A stretch of 64,000 nt of DNA from Gonapodya sp. JEL0774. Lineage: Eukaryota. Both the position numbers and the translations under genes were made by a program. Numbering within the stretch: position 1 is the stretch's first letter; each line of letters begins with the position of its first letter. The stretch covers positions 124,001 to 188,000 of the forward strand of contig JADIIX010000025.1 in the NCBI GenBank assembly GCA_027604505.1, given 5' to 3'. This document shows positions 1 through 12,543 of the stretch, one piece after another. The notes below the pieces were generated by a model. It made no database searches, was not told where the DNA came from, and saw nothing but the letters and a program-made list of their open reading frames with translations.

Positions 1-1408
1 CGGAGCTCCCCGGAGCCACCCGCAAAAAGCAAGGAGCATCGCCGCTCTTCTCGTGCTCGAAGAAAAAGTGTATCAAAGACCTCAGCCTCAGCAGCACCGG
101 TGCAAAGTAACGAACGACCACGATCCAAGTCAGCTTCTGTATTATCCGCAACAACGGAGACAGCTTCGGCATCTCCTTCCGTCTCCGTGGATACCATGCC
201 AGCTTCAACAATATCAGAGTCTAGCTCTCACGTATTCACCGACGGTTCATCCGCGGCACCCTACAGCGGCCAAGCTGCGACGAATCCTTCCGTACCAGCA
301 TATGAAGTCTCTACCAGCCTCGCAGCAGCTGCCTCGATTAATGCATCTTCGCAATCCTTCCTTCCCATCAGTCCTTACTTATTTCCATCTCCGCTCGATG
401 AAAACGGCAATCCGACTGCCTTTCTGGAGGATTCCGAAGCTGCTGCTTCTGCAGCTGCGGTAGCATCCCGATATCTACCTAGTCTGGCAAGAGCGGCAAC
501 GCTCGCGGCACAAGGGAGGGCGAGCGCCGCGCAAGCAGCGGCTGCCGCCGCCACCTATGCCGCTGCTTACGCACATCTTCTTCCAGCTGAGGTGCAGGTG
601 AGAGTTTTCTAGTCTTGATTCATCTGATTTTTCGATCTCTTATGCTCGCCGATATCAGGCTGCCTTCGCACAAGCCGCACATTTGGCTCAGGTCCATGCA
701 GCTCAGCAGGCAGCAGCCGCTGCTGCCGTGTCTCGTGCTTCCAGCTCTTCTGAGTCGGCGCCACTGGACCGAGAGGACACACCAGGCCACCCCACGACTA
801 ATCCGTGGGCCTCCTTATACCCTAACTACCCTGACTATGGATACGATTTTGGAGACTCGGAAAGAAGCCTTGATGATGGTGGAGAAGCCCGCGGGAGTGC
901 TGGGGCAGATCTGAGAAACACCGCTGAAGTTCAGAATTATGGAGGATACTCCAAGTATGAGGACTATCAGCCGGCTGTTGGCATCGATGGAGCGTTTGAG
1001 GTGGGGGATGGAGGCGACTACCAGCAGAGCTCGCTATACTCTGAACCCACACATAATTACGATGAAGGCGCACAATCGTCTCCAACCCTAGGCGAGGACG
1101 GGATAGAGCAGTCTGAAGTGACGTATGGAGATCCAGCGGAAAGCTACATTTCCTCTAACGGCAATGTACAAGAGCTTCACAGCGAATTTGTGTCGGATTC
1201 TGGGGCGACCATTGGAGACACTGCTGAATACCACTCTGACTTGCCCAGACTGGACTCCACGTTCTCAGTCTCCAGGACTCTGCCTGCAGCCGTCTTGACA
1301 TCCGTCAGTGATGCTATTGTGGAGACAAATTCGGACGTTGAGCCCGATGCGGCTTTCCGACGCAAGAGGCGAAAGCTGGAGCAAGGGGACACAGAACTTC
1401 GACTTTAA
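1..1408 (+). CDS. 3' part of a low-complexity Ser/Ala/acidic hypothetical protein (5'-truncated by window edge)
   Basis: ORFs 100..612 and 683..1408 join in frame through a GTGAGA...CAG intron at 598-658. Basic C-terminal RRKRRK looks NLS-like. No family recognised. Confidence 0.6.
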
Positions 1409-1931
1409 CCTCACCTCAGATACTGTAACAAGCTGCGGTGTTGATTTTTTACTCTCTGGTTGGTGGCGAATTATGGTCTGGTGCGCAAACATATGTCCGA
1501 TCTCGTGACTGTTAAGCATAATGCGGTGTTTCTTTTGTTTTGTATCTTATACTGGGACTTACATAATATCTGCATCCTTCGTCTTGAGAGAGTAACTGCA
1601 GTTTGCAAGCATTCAATTATTGTTTCTAGTTATCAACCCGTCCATACCAGGAGGTTTCAGTCTCCGAAACAGGCAATTGCGACCACCATATAGAGATGAG
1701 CAAAGTCTGTAGGCTGTCTTTCGTGAAAAAATTCCACGCTGGTAAATAGTCTATCGGCGGGTGATTGTGAAGAATTGCACATCCGATAACCCACAGCAAG
1801 TTTGATGATAAGCAGCTTCTGGTTCGCAAAATATTCATCCAGTGGCTTCTTCCCCCACTCTACCAAGGATTCAATATTCAGGTCCAATCAGGGTGGCGCG
1901 GTGGTTTCTGGCTCGCTTCGAATAACATCTC

Positions 1932-3982
1932 ATGAGGGATCCGCTTAACGCAAGCATGAAGCCACCACTTTCGGAACCGGCGTTGGCGAACTCGGTCCTT
2001 TCTCGAGTACTCTCGGGCTCCGTGTACCTAGTGCTTCTCCAGTTGCTTTCACGGTCGCTTACATTCGTTTTGAATCAGGCATTGCTGAGACTGACAGGAC
2101 CAGAGATACTGGGCATTGTTTCGATTCAGCTCGATCTCCTACTTTCTTCAGTCTGTTTTTTAGCAAGGGAGGGCATGAGAATGGTGGCGTTAAGGGGTTT
2201 TAGGACAGATTTGTCGGAAACCCCTCCCCACATCGAAAAAGCGAATTTCGCGGATAATGTGCCCAATTCTGGGGAGAGACCCGATGGAAAACGGACATTG
2301 AAGTCCAGCACTGCTCGTAATGCCGAACCCGCGACATATGCTCTTGCTCAGCAATACCTGGTAAATCTCTCCTACATGCCAATTCCAATAGGATTTCTCT
2401 TCACTCTCATCGCCACAACATACTACATATGGAGCCCTCCTGATGCCGCTCCTGCTACTTACACCTTCGCGTGCCTGTTGTACGCCTTCTCCGCCATTCT
2501 CGAACTTCTCTCAGAACCCCTCTACATAGCATCTGCATCCAGGCTTGAATTCGCCGCTCGTGCGAAAGTAGAAGGGCTCGCAGTATTTCTGAAGACAATC
2601 GTCGTAGCTCTGATGTTCTTCGCGGCGTGGCAAAATGGAGACGGAAAGGTGGACTCAGCTAGTGCAGTAGCTGCTTTCGCGTGGGGTCAGCTGGCTTTCG
2701 GTAGTGCGCAACTTGGAGGCTATGTGATCCATTGGTGGCTAAAGTATCGAACGGCGGTAACGAAAGTAGAATCGGGTTCTGACACAAGTGAAGACGACCA
2801 TTGGCTTTCGGAGAGAGGACTCAGATCTTTTCTTCCATCACGAATTAGAAGCGCACGGTGAGTTTTGGTGATTTGAGAGCCATATTGCGCTCATATACAT
2901 GTCTCACCATGAGCGCCGTGAGATAGCGATAACCACTACATTCAATCGTCGACAATCGGCCTCGTCTTCATATCAGCCCTCCAATCGTTGATCAAATATC
3001 TTCTCAATGAAGGTGATCGCATTCTTCTCTCTCGGCTTGTGTCCACTGGGGAGCAAGGCGTCTATGCGTTTGCGTTCAACTATGGTGCAGAAAACGTCAG
3101 ATCGCCTCGCCTTTTGTTTCGAAACACTCAAATACAACATTATTGTTTGCAGGCTCACTCATTGTCCGCACTCTCTACCTTCCTCTAGAAGATTCTCTAC
3201 GGTCCTTCTTCTCCGCCTCACTGGGTGGTCTTCCAAACCCCTCTCTTTCTTCAAAGCGCGTTGTGCTCCCAGTGCTCGTTACTATTGTACATCTCCATAT
3301 CTTGCTTGCTCTCCCATTTGTGTTCATTGCTCCTTGGTACACTTCGACACTCGTGTCAACATTAGCTGGGTCGCAATGGCTCCCTGCCGCTCCCGTGCTG
3401 GCCCTTTACTGCTGCTTTCTACCTCTCCTCGCATTGAATGGCACTTCGGAAGCCTTTCTTCAATCAACCGCCGATGCTCCCGCTATGCGTCGATATACTA
3501 TGGTTCTCATCACATTTTGGGCTTTCATCGCCATCCTGACACGGGTTTTGACCGTCGATGTGGGACTTGGTGCATACGGGGTCGTCCTGGCTGGAATGAT
3601 GAACTCGGGAATGCGTTGTGCATACGGCGCATGGTACGCTAGACACTATTTTCTGGACAACCAGAAAGGACGTTCAAATACACCAGAACAGCAAGTGTGG
3701 ATAAGTTCTGAGGCAACTGCACTACTGTCATTGGGGTCGGTTCTGCCATCACACCTCGTCGTATGGATGTTGTGGGTGCTCGCAGCGATGACGGGGTGGT
3801 GGTCTGAACGCAAAGTACTGGCGGATAATTGGGAATCATGGTCATCTAGGACAAAACATGTGGCAATAGGTGCTGTGACTGGTTTAGTGGCCGTAGGGTT
3901 TACAGGGTGGTTTGAGAGGAAATCCGTGATAAACATGATGGGTGTGTTCGGCAAGATAAGAAGTGGAAAGAAAGAATCGTAG
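1932..3982 (+). CDS. RFT1: RFT1 family oligosaccharide translocation protein, 3 exons
   Basis: LQLLSRSLTFVLNQ, FLAREGMR, LELLSEP, KYLLNEGDR, YGSLIVR.LYLPLED and LLALNGTSEAF are RFT1 motifs; many TM segments; GT-AG introns near 2858-2926 and 3085-3152. Confidence 0.92.
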
Positions 3983-4063
3983 GGAGAGACCCCCTGGTGA
4001 TGACGAAATTCGTGGCCGCCCCACTGTAATCTGAAAAATGTACAGGTTGTCGCAGCTAACAAA

Positions 4064-5835
4064 TTACTCGCTGTCCTCTGTACTGTTAATCGCACCCATG
4101 GCTCGCCGCGCCATCTTCTCCTTCCGTCTGCGCTTCTTCTCCCTTTGCCTTTCCCTTTTTCTTTCTGCTTCTGGGTCGGCTGTACCTGTGACTGTTTGGG
4201 CGCTGCTTGTGGTGGCATTTTCGGGTTCAACGGTAGCTTCCAACGCCTTCTTCTTGCGCTTTCGTTTCCTGCTGACTCCTCCGGCTTGCACAACGCCTTC
4301 CTCCTCTTCATCATCCTCCTCTTCTCCATGAACTTGCTCATATCTGACACCACCGGCGTCGTATTCGCTCCGATACGCCTCATCTTCATCCCCTCGGTCA
4401 TCCTCCGCAGCATTGCTCTTTCCCTTGACAACATCTCCGGTCCCAGAAGCGCGCTTCCAAATACTCGGATTTGCGTCTCGTTTAGATTTTAAGGGTGTCA
4501 TGGGGGGAGCGGGGGCCGTGAGGTTGACGGAGCGGGCGATAGAGGCAGGGACAAGGAAACCGGGTCTTGCGAGAGGTTCAGATGGAGAAAGATGGGCACC
4601 TCGTGCAGGTGGAGGCATAAGTGTACCGCGAAGTGTGAGCATTTCATTGGCCTTTACAAGGCTGTCAGGTGATTGGTTTCGTGAGAGGTGTGTGAACTTG
4701 TATGACGGTCATGCATTTTCACGTACCCTGATACCCAACACCCAACAGCCGAACCTTCTTCCATAATATCCGTGCCCTTCCCGTTCACGCCTTTGTCCAG
4801 CCATAGGCCCTTTGCGGCATCATATACGTAGCGCTCTGGGATATTCTCGGAAGGGACGAATAAGTTGAAAACGCGGTGGACGAGGCATGATAGGTGAGTA
4901 GGAGACGACAGCGTTACAGTGCCGACTAATTGTTGGCAGAACACAATACAATGATAAGAGAGCCAAACACTTGCACCTCGCGAATAGATGTGTGAACCTA
5001 CCAACGTAGTCACCCACTCCAGGGGACCAGACTACAGCGTCTGTTCTGACCGTGTAGTGCAAGTGAGGCGTATCGTAGAGTATCGCACCAACCCTCGTGA
5101 GGGGCTCTGGTGTGTCATAGCTAAGGAGCACACCTGGCAGTTCGGGAAGGTACCTTGTTGGACACAAGTCAACACCCCTGTAGACAGCAGAGATAGCTCT
5201 GAGCCTGAGTGGGTCACTCACTTCATCAAATAACGCGAAAGATAATCGTCCACGCCACGCGTGAAATCACCGATGAACTTGGCGGGGAGGTGAACACGCC
5301 AATCAATTGTGCAAAGTCGGAAGGTCCGCAGGAGAGAGGTATTTTCAGGCGAGAGACGAGGTGATTTTGGGACGACCTTCAACACCTTCGCAAGAGTTGG
5401 GCTGGCTTGGTGGTGCGGGCCAGTTGGATTGAGCTTCGTGGAACTGGGAGGTTTTTGCAACATTGCGCCTGCGACTGCTGAGGAACGGTCTCCTCCAGAT
5501 TGTTTCTTTTCATCCAGTCCACCTTTCTTGGAATGTTGATGCTGCTCGCTTCCAAAGTTCTGCTGTTCCCCTGGCTCTGCATGCCCCATTTTTACATCCA
5601 CGTCAACTTCCGCATCTTCAATCTTTGGCTCCTTGTCTCCACCACGCTCTCGTTTTCGCCTCTTTTCCTCCTTTCGCCGCTTCTTTTCCGCTTTCCGGGC
5701 CTCTTCGTCGACTGAGCTTTTCGCAGATGTTTCTTGTTCGACCGCTCCAACTGCAAGCGCTTCTGAACCGCGCTTGGATTGGTCCTTGCGCTTCTTCTTC
5801 TTCAAATCATTCGATGGGATCCCAACGTCGCCCAT
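4064..5835 (-). CDS. RPA43: RNA polymerase I subunit RPA43-like, with Lys/Glu-rich N- and C-terminal extensions
   Basis: Spliced core YLSRYLMK|YLPELPGVLLSYD...ILYDTPHLHYTVRTDAVVWSP...|GTVTLSSPTHLSCLVHRVFN...MLTLRGTL resembles the Rpb7-like SHS2/OB fold of Rpa43. Confidence 0.8.
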
Positions 5836-6238
5836 CGCCCCTTCCAATTCCTGTAATGTTGGATGTGCGTGAAGCTTGAAATGAGAAAGGTGTATGACCA
5901 CAGGAGGCAACGGCAAACACCTTGGCCTGTTTGGCGACGAGATGCGCCCACCCAATGTCAAAGTATCTTCCTAGCAGTCGTACGGCTCTGCTGCACCGGA
6001 CTAAGTACTGTTCGTCCTTACTAACTTTCTCTCGAACTCGAGGGACAATAAAAGATGGAAGAAAGAAAGTACGCAACCTGACCCTGCTTGGTTAACGGTG
6101 CACTAAATCCGTCTCAAAGTGTCTGATGTATATTAAAGCCATAAGCGAGATGCAGTGTCATCTCCCACATGATACATTTCTTGGGGTTCATGCACCAGCA
6201 CATTCTGCATAATTCTAATGTTTCAAAGGATCAGAATC

Positions 6239-9200
6239 TCACTGCTGATCCACGTCACTTTCCTCCATCACCGATTTCTTCAGTACTTCTGAAGTCACCG
6301 GCGCTCCTGCACTTGCCCCACTAATACCGGAGCCCATTGAAGCTCTGCGTTCTAGGTCGGCTGTTTCGCTCTGTCTGCGCATCCGCGCTTCCACAGAGCC
6401 CGTCGTCAGACTTGGGTTTCGCGCCACTGGGTGAAAGGAAGGTCCTTTTATGGGGATCGAAGGCATGACCAGCTGCCTGGTGGGAGTTCCCACGTGGTAA
6501 TACGTGTCCATGCGCCCGAGAGAGTCAGGAATAACCAGCGGGGATGGCGCGCGCGCATGCGGTGATATTGATCTGTCGGAACCATTTTGGTCGGGGCTGT
6601 GTGGCCTTGACGATCGCCTCGACGCAACGACAGAAACCATCGGATCGGGTGCCGTAGAATGATGAACGGAGTTTGACTTCAGCTCCTGTTCCTCCCTGGG
6701 AGAAGATGAGTACAACCCAGTGGATAATTGCGATTCTTGCAAAGTCGGGGTCGTGTTCCTCCCAGGTGAAGTTGAGCGGCGCCGTTCCGGAGTGAGGGCG
6801 ACCCAATTCGACGATTCCCGCGCGTGAGCACCAACAATCCTGTCCCGGAACGTATCGTGGCGCCGTTCCTCCATCTCGTCCGCCTCCACTTCCTCGTTTG
6901 TGATGCTGGTCGCAATATGCCGAGTGGTCACAAGAGAAGAGCCATCGTGCAGGCCGGCGGATGTGATACGCGAGTGGTTGCGAATGGCGCTCGGTTTGTC
7001 AGAAAGTGGCTGCGTGGATGGCCGTGGGAGATCTGAAAGGGAGACTTCGCTCTGAGGAGGCGACTCCATGGCAGAAAGGTCGGGCACCCCCCCTTCAAAA
7101 GTGAACATGCGTCAAGTCATTGGCGACGTTCGCACACATTTTGAGTGCTGGGAAACCTCGTTTATTCACCTCCAAAAATGAGATTTCGCTCCTCCATAAG
7201 TGTTTCCCAGCGATACACGAGCCTAATATTGGGGACGTTGGTTTTGGTGATGTCTTGATTGCGGACACGGATAGAGTCAGAAAACCGATATCAAGAGGCA
7301 AATTACTACCCTAGCCTCACTAACCATTGCCAGTAGGCCCAGGAACATCATACTTGTCACCGAGCCAGTGACGTTTGATCTTGGCCTCCCATCCCGATTG
7401 AAGGACAGAGTTGCGAGCGATCTCGCACATATCTAAAATACGGTTTGATCTCATCACATTATCCTAAACGGCTGAGAGTAGTCAAGCAAAACGTGAATAT
7501 ACTCTCACCAACACCAGACATTTTCCATATTTGAGTGGCGACGCTGAATTCTTCGATGAGCGGCTCCTTAGTGAAATGGAACTGCAGGGGGTCGTCCGTG
7601 GAAAGTGAAACGTTCAGTCCGCGCTGAAAGAATTTTGGGAACGGGTTGCGCTCGTAGTCTGTTGTCAAAACCAACACCTCGTCAACCTCTGCGAACTCTG
7701 CTTGTACTTTTGATGCTGAAATCACTTTCCTCACCTAGAAACAAAGCATTGTTTGAAAGTGGTGACATGGCGATACCAATCTGCTCGAGGTAGAAGAGGT
7801 ATTGGAGAGCTGGTACTTTGCGGAGTAAAATGCCATGATTGATGCCGTAAGATGTCAGAAACGCTGCCGCAAGATGATCTGTTTCACCGGCTTCCCCCGC
7901 GTGTGGACGGAAGACGAATGTATCTGCGTGGTGTGAAGCACAGAAAACCGGCCATGTTCTTTGAGTAACTCCTTCACCATCCCCTCAATAATCACTCTCA
8001 CTTAGTCCACGACTCTTCCTATAAGCATTGAGACTGCACAGATTCGCAAAGATGTGGAACAGCCAGTAGCTGTAGGGTGGGTTGTACGCTACATCCCACT
8101 CAGCGGGGTGTGGGTATCGACGGTATGCACGTTTTTCTGCTTTTGATTCGTCATCGACTGAGTCAAAGCCGACAACGCGCTGCAGCAAAATGTGGAGATG
8201 CGGATGCGAAGACGGGTCAATAGAAACCTCGTACAACGGCTCAAAAATATCTGGTTGCAGAAATCATCTATTAATCTTCAAACTCAGTGACCCGTGACTT
8301 CAAAACTCACTTTTGATCATATCCGCAAATGTGTTCACCGTCTTATTGGCCTTATAAACATCATACAAACGAGGAACTTGGATAAGCCAGCGCACATTGC
8401 TCGAAAAAAGCTTGTTGTCGCAAACCCATTGCTGCATTACGGTTGTACAGGTATCGCCATGGATCCTTGTAAGGGCGTGTTCGAGAGCCTAACACAAACG
8501 GGGAATCGACGAACCGCAATTTTATCCCATTCTCCTGTGCTTCTTCCGTAAATTGAAATTCGGTATTCGGCATTTTGATACTTGCTTGCCTCGAGATCGT
8601 CAAACACCTCTTTGATGTTTGGGGAGAGCTTAGATATGTTTGCTCGGAAATGGCAAAGTGCTGTCCACGCACCTTTCGTTAGTTCCGCTAAGTATCGACC
8701 CTTGATGAAATTGTCTGTTTTGAGGAAAATTTCACGCAGCCGTGATTCACCGATAGGGTTGTATTTGAGATTGAACTACGGAGCAAAGGATACTCCTGTC
8801 ACCGCAATTTGAAGGGGAGAACATTCGCTAATCCACCTTGTCAAATCGGTGAAATGAGTCTTGGTGTGCATGCATGTCGAGGGTGTCAATGGAAAGATCA
8901 TATGATGTCAGATTGAGCGACGAAAAGACCTCGGCCAGAGTAAGATGTCGACCGTCTCTAAAAATGACCGTTTCCTGATGCAATTTGCGTGAGGCCTGAT
9001 TCAGAGCATACGTGACGGGTGAGGACTAACATCAGGGCATTTGCGCATTTTGGCTTTGATGAATCGCAGAAGGTGCTTCTGGTTCATACACGAGGAGTGA
9101 TGAACATGTGTGTCGACTTTGCGGACGTTGTAAAAATCTGAATAATTTGGAACAATTGATAATCACTTGAATCGATTGTCCCTAGTCGCGAGCACTCAGA

Positions 9201-10707
9201 TCACCCACCTCTGTGAGGTACCCGTTTGGAATCTGCGAGCTCCTGGTAGTCTGCATATGAAGCAAAAACAAATTCAATGTGATCTTCAGTTCACCTCGAG
9301 CAGGTGTACTTACCATTGAGAAGCGTGTACATCTGGAACTTTGACTCCAGGAACCGCAACCTTCGAAAAGCGAATGACTTCATTGGTCCGTCAGAAGTCA
9401 CGGAGACGAGGCGTTCCAGATCAGTATAAAACTCTCGGAGGTTTGGCACTCCGAACAGGGGTGACTCTGGTGATTCACGATTATGCATGGTGTACACTCC
9501 GGTGGCTGGGAGATGGAAGGTAACCTATCGTGAGCGGAAACGGTTGAGAAAGTAACACCGGCAGCTCTGAAAAGCAGGTCTGTAACTCCCCGCTAGGAGC
9601 CAACTCCCAAGAGGACCATACGCGATACCCCCCCTGTTCCACAAACTCGTGTGGTGTGCCACTTCCTGCAGCCTCCGTTGCAGAGCACTTGGCTATCTTG
9701 TGACAAATTTACTCAACTAACCTGGTCGTCTTTCGGTGGAATTTCTGCCTCTTCGAATCGAAATTCCTGTTGTCTCGGAGGTGGGTAAATTTTCTCGTAA
9801 ACCAAGTTCCCATCCTTTTCCACCATCTCGTAGCTGGGACCTGGTGGACCGGGGTAGATTTTCCAAGAATCCATATCCTGAGGAGCAGGATTAGATGGCG
9901 TTGATATTTGATGGGACATCGCCATGTAGCGTTGTCGTGTCAACACAGAATTCCGCAAGTTCGAGAAGATGGACGAGAGTTCGGCCTGGAGCGCATCCTC
10001 TGGCATTAATTGAGTAGAGTGTGTACGTTTCAGTGAGGGTCACTGATTATCTACGTGAGACAATAAACTATCTCGAAGTGCATGCTGTACCAGACGCACA
10101 TTTATGCAACGATGTGACTTCAACTTGGTTCCGCCAATATCCACTGGCAATTCTTCCGACAGCTCACAAGCTCCATTGCACTCTTCTGGACTTTCAACCC
10201 CCGGTTCCAGGTGGAACTGACTCACCGCTATATTTAAAGTTCCAAGACGAAACCGCCTCATGGGTCACGGGAGCAACTCCTTTCACAGTCCTGAGCCTTT
10301 CAGCGTATGAAATATTCTCATATCGATCGAAATCAAGTGAGGAAGTTGAAGCTTCATGCGCGTGATGACCAGTTGTCGCGAGGTTGGCTCCCAGCCCTGC
10401 GCTGCTGCCATTCAAGGTCTTCGATTCGGATTGCGTAGCTAAGTAGCAAGAATTGAAGGAATTGAGGCCCCGTTTTCACCGGGAGGACGCGCCGACGGGA
10501 ATACTGAGAGCTCAACGCACCTCCTTCGCCCAACGCTTTCCTTGCATTATTCATACTAGGACTAGGACCGCCAGCTCCTCCGCTAGATTGAGAATCAGAA
10601 AGCTTTAGGGCTTTAATTGGACCTTCATTGACAATGGGCATCGTCGGAAGATGGGAGGGGAAGACAGAAGGCGACGCAGACGGAAGACCGGGAGAAGGTT
10701 CCGTCAT
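6239..10707 (-). CDS. AMD1: AMP deaminase (multi-exon) with long disordered C-terminal exon
   Basis: [27 protein letters not shown] (~9030-9140), [54 protein letters not shown]; exons join via GT-AG introns. Confidence 0.97.
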
Positions 10708-11126
10708 TTATGTAAATAGGCGGAGTGAAATGAAATTGTCCCAGCCACTTGGACGCGCAGTGTTGAAGAAGCAGCTTATCCGATAATGGAGAAGGCACAA
10801 ACTCCTGAGACTCCTGGCCAACAAATCCAAGAACCGGGACCTTTCACCCCACAAACACACCTCACATGCCATGAATATCAATATTCGCAATGAAGAAGAT
10901 TTCGACCCGCGAAGAAGATATTTTTGCAGTGTGTGGAATTGCTTAAAAGTATGGAACAACATTGTAAGAGCAAAGTGGGAGGAGTCTGGTAAGTTTCCAA
11001 AGACCCGAGAATGTGCTTCTGATCAATTTTTCATTATTCTGACTGGCATCAGATCACAGAACACCGTATAAATGTTGGTTACAGTAATTCCAGGTGAATC
11101 TTGCAGCACCCCCGAGTCCATATGAG

Positions 11127-12131
11127 TCAGTATGAACCCATGGCAGGGTGGCATTTAGTCACCTCCACAATCGCCGGTCTCCTCTTCACGGCCTCATATA
11201 TGTTCTTCACTTTTGGACAACTTTGCAGAATGTTTTCAACACCCTCGTGCCATGACACAAGCATGTAAGCGTAGATATCCACGGCGGAGTACTGGTCACC
11301 AAGAGCGTAAGGTCCTGTGACAATAGTGTCCAGCAGCTTGATGAGGTCAAGAGAACGGGACAATTCTGCAGACTTTACAGACGCAATGTGGGAGGGATCG
11401 GACGATGAGGTGTACCGGTATGGGCGGAACCAGCGGAGGACCTGCGCTTGGAGTGAAATAAAAGAAATGTGGAACGCAAACATAGCCACACTCACAGTTT
11501 CGTACAAGTTTGCAGAGAGAAAAATTATGAGTTCCATGGCTTTTGCGCGAGCAGTTCCTGTGACGGGAAAGAGTCCCTTCTCTGGGTGCTCGTCACAAAG
11601 GTACATCATAATTGCGGCCGTCTCGGAAATCTGCATAATTGATCACAAGTATTTCTTTTAGAAATGAGATAGCCATGCAAGGGGGAGCAGGGCAACGCAG
11701 GTCTGTTGGCATGAGCCACACTAATCACTCACGAACTCTCCGGTTGGAAGCTGGTATGAATACTGAACCTTAAGTACACGACATCATACTTGGGTGGAGG
11801 AAAGGACAGCTCACTTTCAAAACAGGAATCTTGCCGTGGGGATTCATGCGCTTGAACTCGTCCCTCGTGTGCTGATGGCATTAGATGTGGGAGACAGTGA
11901 TCTCAGTGTCACACGAAGTACTTCACTCAACTCACTTCCTCATTCTCTTTGTCAATCAACACCTTTTCCCAGGGTACTTCCAGTTCCTGAAGCAGAGCTT
12001 CAACACAAAACGAGCCTGGAGGATGGATGCAATTCAATCAAAGAGCGGAGCACAAAAGAGACATTCACCACCGGCACCAACAATGAAATCGCTACGCTAC
12101 CTGAATCCGGAGCCCAATAGACCGTGTACAT
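11127..12131 (-). CDS. Glutathione S-transferase, bacterial-type, 6 exons (GST-1)
   Basis: MYTVYWAPDS|GSFCVEALLQEL...|...MNPHGKIPVLK|LPTGEF|ISETAAIMMYL...GPYALGDQYSAVDIY; GST N-domain (NPxGKIP, SETAAI) plus C-domain S-x-x-D cap. Confidence 0.9.
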
Positions 12132-12543
12132 ATGAAGATTGAAAAATTCACAATAGAAGGAAAGAAACTCGTCTGTCTCCACGATGATTGCCTGGGATTG
12201 TGTACGTGCAGCCCGTATTCCGGCCCGCCAAGTTTTTTAGAGGTTGAAAACCGTACTGACGAAATCACTCGAATGAGTTTGAGCGAACATCAAATCCAAC
12301 GGATTAGTGTCCAATGTAATGTCGTCTCTACGTGTATGCTAAATGAAGTATATTTTCCATATGTACAGTTACTCCGTTCCTTTATCAGTCAATTTTGTCC
12401 TTCAAGTCATGTGGGCTTTTTAAATTGGTGCTGAGGGAATGTGAGTCACTGATTCTATCCAGAACCATCGGAACGTGGGACACTTTCGCCATCTTCCAAA
12501 GATCAACACAAGGATTATTTGCACCCGCATCACTCGCGCAACC

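Noticed and set aside
3646..4766. Long overlapping or antisense ORFs (e.g. 3646..4434, 4145..4492; also 29755..31235 and 32836..34359)
   Set aside because: Shadow frames of low-complexity or coiled-coil coding sequence with no independent motifs.
12442..12448. TGAGTCA AP-1/Gcn4-like site in the GST-1/PGK divergent promoter
   Set aside because: A single 7-mer is expected by chance several times in 64 kb.
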